DNA of 9,973 nucleotides from a virus (Duplodnaviria; Heunggongvirae; Uroviricota; Caudoviricetes): IMG/VR virus record IMGVR_UViG_2645727991_000023, positions 1 to 9,973 of that record; one strand, 5' to 3'. Shown piece by piece: positions 1 to 5,863 of this stretch (position 1 is its first letter; each line of letters starts with the position of its first letter). The notes under the pieces were generated by a model. It saw only the letters and a program-made list of their open reading frames with translations, ran no database searches and was not told where the DNA came from. The position numbers and the translations under genes were made by a program.

Positions 1-771
1 TCACTTTTCCGATACAACACGGCGGGAAGAATCAGTAATCTGTCGAACAATATCCCGGTGCTTGTTCAGCTCCCGCAGCGCGGCGCAGACTCGCTCCCAC
101 TTCTGAACATCACTTTTCGCCCTGCGCAGCGCCAGGTTTGCCCTGCGAAGGGACGGAAAAATCAGCTCATCTGCTTGCGTTTCGGTAAACGATGGCAACG
201 GCTGCACAATGTCCGCCACAGTTTCTGTTTTAATTTCTTCCTGTGTTGCGGCTTCCCGGACTGGTAACGCAGCACCTGCTGGCTGAGGAAAGGCCTTACC
301 ATCATTTTCCGTTACCGGCGCGGCTTTCGGATCTGCTGGTAAATTACCCACCGGCATGCAGTAACGAAATTTACCGTTCTGATTTACGCGTGCCAGGCGC
401 CCCGTTGCTGTTACGACCGCCAACGTGGAAGCAACCTTGCGAATGCTAACACCGAACTTATCCGCCAGTTCCTCACACGTTTTAGCCCCATCCTGACCGA
501 TAAACTCAATCATCATGTCTGCGGTAACTTTTTGTTCGACCTCCCCGGTCAGCATATCCTGTGCTTCAGATTTTACTGGCCGCTCTTCGGTTACCCGGGA
601 TTCACCTTCGCCAGCCAGAAACCAGGTGTGACCAGTTTTATCAACGACGCCATTTCTTTTGAGTTCCCACAGCTCGTTGACAGCCTCTTCACGACTGATT
701 CCAAGGCGAGCTGCCACCACATGTGAAGAGGCTTTTTTCAGTGCTTTCAGTGCGTCAGATACGGTTTCCAT
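1..771 (-). CDS. Hypothetical phage early protein with two HTH-like segments, last gene seen of the replication operon
   Basis: Complete 256-aa ORF (ATG at 771, TGA at 3..1). GGAGG on the minus strand 8 nt upstream of the ATG. Two helix-turn-helix-like stretches (AARLGISREEAVNELWELKRNG and CEELADKFGVSIRKVASTLAVV). Lies directly downstream of the DnaC-like gene. Family not recognised with certainty. Confidence 0.6.
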   Translation of the reverse strand: METVSDALKALKKASSHVVAARLGISREEAVNELWELKRNGVVDKTGHTWFLAGEGESRVTEERPVKSEAQDMLTGEVEQKVTADMMIEFIGQDGAKTCEELADKFGVSIRKVASTLAVVTATGRLARVNQNGKFRYCMPVGNLPADPKAAPVTENDGKAFPQPAGAALPVREAATQEEIKTETVADIVQPLPSFTETQADELIFPSLRRANLALRRAKSDVQKWERVCAALRELNKHRDIVRQITDSSRRVVSEK

Positions 772-792
772 TAAAATTTCCTCCGGACAAAA

Positions 793-1539
793 TTACTTCA
801 CAACCCTCATATTGCTGACATTTGGACGCCAGCTATCCCAGTTAAACGTCACCCATCGACCACCGTTCATGGTCATGCGGTCCATAATCCTCTCACCAAG
901 AAGTGTACTCATTGCGGCATGATTCAGGTTTGTTAACATCCCGACACTGCACAGTGATGCTGTCCGGCGATCAATTATCTGGTGCAATACCACCTGCTCG
1001 TTTTTCGTCTCCCGCTGAACGCCTATTTCATCCAGGACCAGCAAATCAACACCGCAAAGCTCCTGTAAAAATTTTTCCCCGGATTTGCCGTTGTCGTAGC
1101 TGTCATGCAACACGCTCATGACATCAGACACGGTGACGATAATCACGCTGCGCCCCTTCACCATCAGCCGGTTACCCATCGCCGCTGCAAGGTGATTTTT
1201 CCCGGTGCCGGTTTTACCGCTGAACACAAAATTCGTGCACCCGGTCATCAGTTCGTCAGCTATGGATTTGGCCTGGCTCAGCGCGTATTTTTGCCCGTCG
1301 TTCTGCACCTGATAATTTGCAAACGAGCATTTGCTGTGCAGAGGCTGGATGCCCGAACGATTCAGGATTTTTTCCACCCGCAACTGGCGATTCTGGCGGT
1401 TAATCTCCTCGCTGCGTTTTCGTCCTTCAGCAAGTTGCCATTCCCGCCACTCCTCCACCGTCCGGTACGGTGGAACCGCCCCCTGTGGTGCAAGTCTGCG
1501 AATACGTTCAAGAACCCCAACTGCCGCAATGTTTTTCAT
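793..1539 (-). CDS. DnaC-like AAA+ replicative helicase loader (lambda P functional analogue)
   Basis: 248-aa ORF. Walker A (GKTGTGKNHLAAA) and Walker B (DLLVLDEIG) closely resemble E. coli DnaC motifs as I remember them. Starts 6 nt after the stop of the upstream initiator gene; GGGGGTGA Shine-Dalgarno-like sequence upstream. Confidence 0.85.
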   Translation of the reverse strand: MKNIAAVGVLERIRRLAPQGAVPPYRTVEEWREWQLAEGRKRSEEINRQNRQLRVEKILNRSGIQPLHSKCSFANYQVQNDGQKYALSQAKSIADELMTGCTNFVFSGKTGTGKNHLAAAMGNRLMVKGRSVIIVTVSDVMSVLHDSYDNGKSGEKFLQELCGVDLLVLDEIGVQRETKNEQVVLHQIIDRRTASLCSVGMLTNLNHAAMSTLLGERIMDRMTMNGGRWVTFNWDSWRPNVSNMRVVK

Positions 1540-1545
1540 GACACG

Positions 1546-2628
1546 TCACCCCCTGAATCCCGGCGGTATTTCAGTGTCCGGTTCAGAAATGTGATTCACG
1601 CAACGCTGGTTGTTCGTGCCGCTTACCGGGAGCAACCAGGGGTTTTCAAAATTCCGGTCCGGCCCAAAAAACGTCGTCGCTCGCTGAACAAATTCCGTTC
1701 CCGCTTTCCCGGTCGCCGCCAGGTATCTCGCGTAACGCCTCACACCATCCAGCATGGTCTCTGGTGGCACCCCCTCGCGCAATCTGGCCTTCCAGGCACT
1801 GAATGCGGATTTCTTCGGGTTTGCTCCGGCACGCAACGGGTACTCCCGCCAGACCTGTTCGAACACATCCGGATAATCCACTCGTCCCACAGACTGCCCG
1901 GTGTTTTCCGGGACTACCCGATCGGCTTCCCGCTGAATGGCGGAATCGGCTTCAGGCTGCTGCAGTTGGTGTGATTGCTCCGGCCTTGCGGTCATCACCT
2001 GCTGCACAGCGCCCGAATCGGCTTTCAGCGCATACGCTGAATCGGCTTCCGGTGTCGTGCCTGCTGGCTGACCAAGATTGACGGTCTGAACATCCCCTGC
2101 CTGGTTCGTGGCGTTTTTTACGCCATGGACCATAGTGTTTTGATCTTCTTGATCTGTATCTTTATCTGTATCTTTATCTGTATCTTTATCTGTCGTGACT
2201 CGTCGTGACATGTGCGTGACATTTCGTGACGCGCCGTGACAATCGCCATTTTGTTCCCACTTTCTTTCCCTCTCTCGCTGCGCCCTCTTGCGCTCTGCAG
2301 GAGATTTTGCGGTTTGCGAAATATTGCCGTTGTCCTCTTTAAGCACCTGGCGTTTTTCCCATCCAGTGATTAAATCACCATCAAGTACCCGCCCCTGCAT
2401 CGTCTGCAAAATTGAATCAATTACCTCTTCTGTCACGTCGAGCGCACTTGCCAAATCTTCTGTCGTGACATCAATGTGACCTCGCGTGACATTTCGTGAC
2501 GCGCTCACCAGGAGGTGGATATACACTGCCATCACTGTTGCAATTGGCTGCCCTGACACCCTGGCAATTGTTCGCCACTTAGGGTCATTTGGCATGTCAT
2601 GCCATAATCTGAGCCAGGCGTTAGCCAT
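1546..2628 (-). CDS. Phage replication initiator (lambda O analogue) with DnaT-like C-terminal domain
   Basis: ORF track starts at GTG 2634; ATG at 2628 with AGAGGTGAGT just upstream is the more likely start (MANAWLRLW...). C-terminal ...VNHISEPDTEIPPGFRG resembles my recollection of the E. coli DnaT C-terminus (...SEPDSQIPPGFRG). Contains internal DNA repeat arrays (iteron-like) that encode repeated SRNVT and DKDT peptides. Sits immediately upstream of the DnaC-like gene, like host dnaT-dnaC. Confidence 0.75.
   Translation of the reverse strand: MANAWLRLWHDMPNDPKWRTIARVSGQPIATVMAVYIHLLVSASRNVTRGHIDVTTEDLASALDVTEEVIDSILQTMQGRVLDGDLITGWEKRQVLKEDNGNISQTAKSPAERKRAQRERERKWEQNGDCHGASRNVTHMSRRVTTDKDTDKDTDKDTDQEDQNTMVHGVKNATNQAGDVQTVNLGQPAGTTPEADSAYALKADSGAVQQVMTARPEQSHQLQQPEADSAIQREADRVVPENTGQSVGRVDYPDVFEQVWREYPLRAGANPKKSAFSAWKARLREGVPPETMLDGVRRYARYLAATGKAGTEFVQRATTFFGPDRNFENPWLLPVSGTNNQRCVNHISEPDTEIPPGFRG
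2157..2192. repeat. Three perfect tandem copies of the 12-mer TATCTTTATCTG, with a degenerate copy upstream from 2143, inside the initiator gene
   Basis: Direct reading: copies at 2157-2168, 2169-2180 and 2181-2192. On the coding (minus) strand they translate to (DKDT)n in the initiator linker. Confidence 0.9.
2194..2240. repeat. Iteron-like array 1: five CGTGAC hexamers at about 10-bp phasing (putative origin within the initiator gene)
   Basis: CGTGAC at 2194, 2204, 2215, 2225 and 2235, one helical turn apart. Position inside the O-like gene parallels lambda ori. Function inferred. Confidence 0.6.
2432..2504. repeat. Iteron-like array 2: CGTGAC/TGTGAC at 2464, 2475, 2485 and 2495, plus an inverted GTCACG at 2432
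   Basis: Same hexamer family at 10-bp phasing. The 21-nt stretch GCGTGACATTTCGTGACGCGC is repeated exactly at 2214-2234 and 2484-2504. Confidence 0.6.
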
Positions 2629-2699
2629 ACTCACCTCTTCTGATACCGAATCTTTTTACTCACGAGTTGCCGGAAGCGATTCGATATGGCTATTATCAC

Positions 2700-3125
2700 T
2701 CAATGCACTGCCACAGCATTTCCTGCCGGGCCACCACGGTTCATCTGATTGAAACCGGCGATTGCCACCGCGACAAAATCATCAGCGTCTCTCACCAGTC
2801 GCTCCCGCGTCTCCACCAGCTCCCGAAAATAAGCTGAACTGTGGCTGCGCATTCTGGCCACCAGCAAAGGTGGCATTGCCTTTTCGATCGCTGGTAACAA
2901 CGCCAGAATTTTTTCAACTGCATCAGGGGTGTCTTTCTCTACCCAGCGGAAAATTTTCTGGGTATTGCGAGCCAGGGCTTCCGGATGGCTGTCGTCATGC
3001 AGTTCTGGGAACGTCATACCCAGTTCAAAATAAGCCCTGGTTATTTCAGCTGCCGGAACTTTTTCACCGTCCGGATGCGCCCAGGCATTCATCGCCATGC
3101 GGATGTGTTCATGCTTGATTTTCAT
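2700..3125 (-). CDS. YdaT-like protein (CII-analogue family of Rac-type prophages)
   Basis: 141-aa ORF starting MKIKHEHI..., which matches my recollection of the Rac YdaT N-terminus. Lies immediately downstream of the Cro-like gene and overlaps it by 17 nt. Family assignment is from memory and unverified. Confidence 0.6.
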   Translation of the reverse strand: MKIKHEHIRMAMNAWAHPDGEKVPAAEITRAYFELGMTFPELHDDSHPEALARNTQKIFRWVEKDTPDAVEKILALLPAIEKAMPPLLVARMRSHSSAYFRELVETRERLVRDADDFVAVAIAGFNQMNRGGPAGNAVAVH

Positions 3126-3390
3126 GAATCAAGCTCCTAGAAAGTGGTTGTGTTAACGTTTTGGTATCTTCCAGCTCGGGCCAAATATTCATCCAATCAA
3201 AAGGCCTTAGTTGCTGACGTGTAACTTCACCATTACTGGCTCGCTCAATAAGGACACATAACGATGCCCCTAACACTTGACCTTTACTCAATGCCTTTCT
3301 TAGATAACCGATGCTGGTACCACACTCGCATGCAAACATACGCTGTTCATCTGACGAAAGAGAATTGAGAAATATTCTTAATTCTTCCAT
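3109..3390 (-). CDS. Cro/YdaS-like HTH transcriptional regulator
   Basis: 93-aa ORF. AAGGAG 5 nt upstream of the ATG on the minus strand. HTH-like segment CGTSIGYLRKALSKGQ. Divergent from the repressor gene across a 100-bp operator-bearing intergenic region. Confidence 0.7.
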   Translation of the reverse strand: MEELRIFLNSLSSDEQRMFACECGTSIGYLRKALSKGQVLGASLCVLIERASNGEVTRQQLRPFDWMNIWPELEDTKTLTQPLSRSLIHENQA

Positions 3391-3415
3391 AGCTACTCCT
3401 TAGTAAACACAGCAA

Positions 3416-3443
3416 AGAATACCTACAGGTAAACAAAAGTCAA
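3416..3443 (-). promoter_or_regulatory. Putative pR-like promoter for the Cro-like operon
   Basis: Minus-strand TTGACT (plus 3438-3443), 16-nt spacer, TATTCT (plus 3416-3421), about 25 nt upstream of the Cro-like start. Overlaps operator-like sites. Motif reading only. Confidence 0.4.
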
Positions 3444-3455
3444 TACCCACAGGTT
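3420..3455. promoter_or_regulatory. Operator-like sites between repressor and cro (OR-like): TACCTACAGGTA at 3420-3431 and TACCCACAGGTT at 3444-3455
   Basis: Two near-palindromic 12-mers of form TACC-N4-GGTA, 24 bp apart, overlapping the putative divergent promoters. Flanking inverted GGTAAACA (3428-3435) and TGTTTACC (3455-3462). Confidence 0.5.
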
Positions 3456-3490
3456 GTTTACCTTGCAGTAATCGCATCTATTATTTACCT

Positions 3491-3910
3491 ATGGACAAAT
3501 ATGAATTTAGACGACAGCAACTCATCAAAATTCGTGATGAGAAATGCGATGGTAAAGCGGTTAACGTGGCCAGAAAGATCGGGCGCGAGCCTTCTTATGT
3601 ATCAAGAATGTTGTACCCAGAGGGGAAAAAGGGAAAAAAACGGATCGCTGATGATATGGTGGAGATTATCGAAGAGTCCTTTGGGTTACCCCGGGGATGG
3701 ATGGATGGTATCGTTTCATCATCAACGAACACAGCCTCCAGTTATGAAACAAGGGTTCTAACGCCACGACAACGTATTTTTTTAGATCTCTTAGACGAAC
3801 TGCCAGAAAGTGAAGCGGATAACTTATTAAAAACTCTTGAAGAGAAAAAACAGTATTACAATATGATCTACGAAGAAATCCGTAAAAAGAAAGCACAAAA
3901 CGCATCATAG
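3491..3910 (+). CDS. DicA-like prophage repressor (HTH, CI analogue)
   Basis: 139-aa ORF. N-terminal HTH (AVNVARKIGREPSYVSRML). C-terminal ...LTPRQRIFLDLLDELPESEADNLL... resembles the DicA C-terminus as I remember it. No Shine-Dalgarno; TATTAT -10 at 3479-3484 ends 6 nt before the ATG, consistent with a leaderless pRM-type transcript. Divergent from the Cro-like gene. Confidence 0.8.
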   Translation: MDKYEFRRQQLIKIRDEKCDGKAVNVARKIGREPSYVSRMLYPEGKKGKKRIADDMVEIIEESFGLPRGWMDGIVSSSTNTASSYETRVLTPRQRIFLDLLDELPESEADNLLKTLEEKKQYYNMIYEEIRKKKAQNAS

Positions 3911-3952
3911 CTCACCAAACAACTAGTCACCAGTTAAGACACCGCAAAAAGT

Positions 3953-3993
3953 TACCCATGGGTATTTACTTTTTAAATACCTATGGGTATCCT
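3953..3993 (+). promoter_or_regulatory. OL/pL-like region: operator-like palindromes TACCCATGGGTA (3953-3964) and TACCTATGGGTA (3978-3989) overlapping a candidate promoter
   Basis: Perfect 12-bp palindrome and a near-copy 25 bp apart, same TACC-N4-GGTA family as the OR-like sites. Candidate -35 TTTACT (3965-3970), 17-nt spacer, -10 TATCCT (3988-3993), pointing into the early-left operon. Confidence 0.45.
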
Positions 3994-4094
3994 TCTTTTC
4001 ATACCAACTCACCCCGCTCCACAGAATGCAGGGCAATACTTCGAGTTACCAGGCAGTGGTCAGGGGTTAAGTAGCCAGCCCGAGGCGTAAGAAC

Positions 4095-4253
4095 ATGACG
4101 GCAGGGTTCAACTTTAATAACTATGCAGCAGGTTTTTGTTCCGCTACCCCAGCGTTAAGGGGAAACAGAGGATTTCTCAGTGGGCGAAGTCAAACATCAG
4201 AATGGAAGGCATCCAGGGATCAGCAAAGAAACAGCGATGGCGCTTTATATTGA
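4095..4253 (+). CDS. Small hypothetical ORF (52 aa) at the ydfA position of a dicB-type operon
   Basis: ATG at 4095 preceded by GAGG with a 9-nt spacer. Position about 185 nt downstream of the repressor matches where ydfA sits in Qin, as I remember it. Sequence is low-complexity; weak call. Confidence 0.3.
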   Translation: MTAGFNFNNYAAGFCSATPALRGNRGFLSGRSQTSEWKASRDQQRNSDGALY

Positions 4254-4314
4254 TATCAGCGCCATTGCCGGACAGGTAAGAATTATCAGAGCGGTAACTA
4301 AGCGGTATGCGCCT

Positions 4315-4515
4315 TTACTTCAGAAAGTCTCTGGTGAGTGCACCGAAGATATTGTCAACGATTTCGTCATCAAACTGCGAGGACTCATCTTCAGTTACAA
4401 GGTGACCACAATTTTTGCAGATGGCTCCCGCGAAACTGTCAGAGCCATGCGGTTTAAAGGATGTGTCAAAGACTTCGCCGCCACATTCTGGGCAAGAAAA
4501 CTTGATTGTATTCAT
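4315..4515 (-). CDS. Small Zn-ribbon protein (66 aa), antisense to the early-left operon
   Basis: ATG at 4515 (track start is TTG at 4521) with AGAGGA 8 nt upstream. Two CxxC pairs (CPECGG ... CKNCGH) and an acidic C-terminal tail. Candidate extended -10 (TGgTATCCT) on the minus strand at about 4549-4557. Competes with a GTG-initiated plus-strand ORF 4180..4536. Confidence 0.55.
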   Translation of the reverse strand: MNTIKFSCPECGGEVFDTSFKPHGSDSFAGAICKNCGHLVTEDESSQFDDEIVDNIFGALTRDFLK

Positions 4516-4607
4516 AACCAATTTCCTCTCGAGTAACAGACCCCTCAGAGGATACCACCTCGCCTGACGTGGTTAAAAGCAGGCAACGCTAACCACAAGG
4601 AGCCGAC

Positions 4608-4826
4608 ATGCAGAAACGAGAACCCGTCATCATCGCGCCAGACTATACCGATGATGAACTTTATGAGTGGATGCACCAGAAAATTAAGGCAGCGCAGGAC
4701 CTGAAATGGGCCAATGAAGCCAGGGCTAAGCAAGCTGAAAATCTGTCCGCTCTGGAGCAGGATATCACCAATCTGGAAAAAGCAGCGGCATTAAGCATTG
4801 CCAGAATGATTACATACCCGCGTTAA
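4608..4826 (+). CDS. YdfC-like small protein (72 aa)
   Basis: AAGGAG 5 nt upstream of the ATG. Length and position (immediately upstream of the DicF-like leader) match ydfC of the Qin dicB operon as I remember it. Function unknown. Confidence 0.7.
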   Translation: MQKREPVIIAPDYTDDELYEWMHQKIKAAQDLKWANEARAKQAENLSALEQDITNLEKAAALSIARMITYPR

Positions 4827-5166
4827 TAGCTAACCAACGAAGCTAAGGTTGGTAATTAAGGAGTTCTCCACGGGTGAGGTGGAGTGCGTGCGCCGGACAC
4901 GGGTGAGCATCCGGCACTGACAGTTTACTGAAAGGATATTTCCCTGAAAAGTCAGGGCATAACGCGAAAGCGCACGGCGAGGTAGCTGGTTCATAGATAG
5001 CCTGTCGTTAAATTTTCGTCGACCGTGCGCTTCCGGTTGTGGCACTCCGCGAAATGGCGCGGCGGTAAGTATGGCGGGGTTATTCCTTCCCCGTTGAGGA
5101 CACCGGGTTGTCAGGTTGACCATACGCTTAAGTGACAACCCCGCTGCAACGCCCTCTGTTATCAAT

Positions 5167-5224
5167 TTTCTGGTGACGTTTGGCGGTATCAGTTTTACTC
5201 CGTGGCTGCTCTGCCGCCCTTTTT
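5167..5224 (+). ncRNA. dicF: DicF-like sRNA (ftsZ-targeting prophage sRNA) with 3' U-tract
   Basis: Sequence TTTCTGGTGACGTTTGGCGGTATCAGTTTTACTCCGTGGCTGCTCTGCCGCCC followed by TTTTT matches my recollection of the 53-nt E. coli DicF to within a base or so. Located between the YdfC-like and DicB-like ORFs in an ORF-free region. The 5' end is approximate, since it would be made by processing. Confidence 0.7.
5202..5224 (+). terminator. Rho-independent terminator-like hairpin plus T-tract at the DicF 3' end
   Basis: GC-rich stem (5202-5206 pairing with 5213-5217, including one G-U) with loop TGCTCT, followed by CC and TTTTT (5220-5224). Short stem, so probably a partial terminator allowing read-through to the downstream genes. 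Confidence 0.5.
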
Positions 5225-5393
5225 AAAGTGAATTTTGTGATGTGGTGAATGCGGCTGAGCGCACGCGGAACAGTTAAAACCAAAAACAGTGTTATGGGTG
5301 GATTCTCTGTATCCGGCGTTAATTGTTAACTGGTTAACGTCACCTGGAGGCACCAGGCACTGCATCACAAAATTCATTGTTGAGGACGCGATA

Positions 5394-5582
5394 ATGGAAA
5401 AGTTATCACGTAATGCCAGCACGTCTGAACTTCGTTTCGAAATTGGCGTTATCACTGGAGACAAAACATTTATTGAAGACGCCATTAAGCAGAGAAAACT
5501 CGAGCAGGACCTGTTAAATGAAGTATGCATTCCTTCAATGCTGGCTCGTCTGGACCTGCTGCAAAAAGGATATAAACAATGA
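5394..5582 (+). CDS. dicB: DicB-like cell-division inhibitor (62 aa)
   Basis: ATG at 5394 (track ORF starts upstream at 5289) with GAGGA 7 nt upstream. 62 aa, as in DicB. Motifs FEIGV...EDAI..RK.E..LLN..CI.SMLARL resemble DicB as I remember it. Sits downstream of the DicF-like sRNA. Confidence 0.7.
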   Translation: MEKLSRNASTSELRFEIGVITGDKTFIEDAIKQRKLEQDLLNEVCIPSMLARLDLLQKGYKQ

Positions 5583-5770
5583 ATACAACATTTGCACTCG
5601 TTCTGACAGTTTATCTTGTTTCCGGCGAATCTCTTGAGCTGGTGACTGGCTTATACGGTTCAATGAAAGAATGCATGGCTGCAGCAGCAGAACAAAAAAT
5701 TCCCGGTAACTGTTATCCGGTAGATAAAACTACTCACACTAATAATAACGAAATACCGGCAGGACTTTAA
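5579..5770 (+). CDS. YdfD-like small membrane/lysis protein (63 aa)
   Basis: Start ATG overlaps the DicB-like stop (ATGA), implying translational coupling. Hydrophobic N-terminus (MNTTFALVLTVYLVSG). Length and position match ydfD of Qin as I remember it. Confidence 0.65.
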   Translation: MNTTFALVLTVYLVSGESLELVTGLYGSMKECMAAAAEQKIPGNCYPVDKTTHTNNNEIPAGL

Positions 5771-5863
5771 AACAGCACCGTAATTAATATCCGGTTTCAA
5801 TTAAAAATGCCAGCAATGGCAGGGATTCGTTCACCCTGAAATCTGTAATGAGGTTAAAACAAA

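Noticed and set aside
1105-1974. 289-aa plus-strand ORF
   Set aside because: Entirely antisense to the DnaC-like and initiator genes, with R/P/H-rich composition; an artefact.
2143-2240. CRISPR-like array
   Set aside because: Repeat units are 6-12 nt with no spacers and lie inside a coding sequence; these are coding microsatellite and iteron repeats.
3501-3908. Alternative-frame and antisense ORFs overlapping the repressor (3501..3761 plus, 3666..3908 minus)
   Set aside because: They overlap a well-supported HTH repressor gene and have no independent support.
4180-4536. 118-aa plus-strand ORF (GTG start) overlapping the Zn-ribbon ORF
   Set aside because: Non-ATG start and weaker protein-like features than the antisense Zn-ribbon ORF, which has a strong Shine-Dalgarno and CxxC pairs. 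Not excluded, so flagged as an ambiguity in the findings.
4858-4920. Leader peptide after the strong AAGGAG at 4858-4863
   Set aside because: No ATG follows; the only candidates are GTG-initiated ORFs of 14 codons or fewer. The AAGGAG is more likely part of the RNA structure.
4942-4957. Lambda-type nut boxB hairpin (CCCTGA-AAAG-TCAGGG)
   Set aside because: It resembles boxB superficially, but the loop is not the GNRA-like pentaloop, there is no boxA nearby, and no Arg-rich N-like protein is encoded. Better treated as part of the structured leader.
4830-5165. 111-aa minus-strand ORF across the hairpin-rich leader
   Set aside because: R/P-rich low-complexity translation and no ribosome-binding site. 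It is the expected by-product of GC-rich structured RNA on the opposite strand of the DicF precursor.
5195-5530. 111-aa minus-strand ORF overlapping the DicF-like and DicB-like features
   Set aside because: Antisense to a well-supported sRNA and gene; junk-like composition and no ribosome-binding site.
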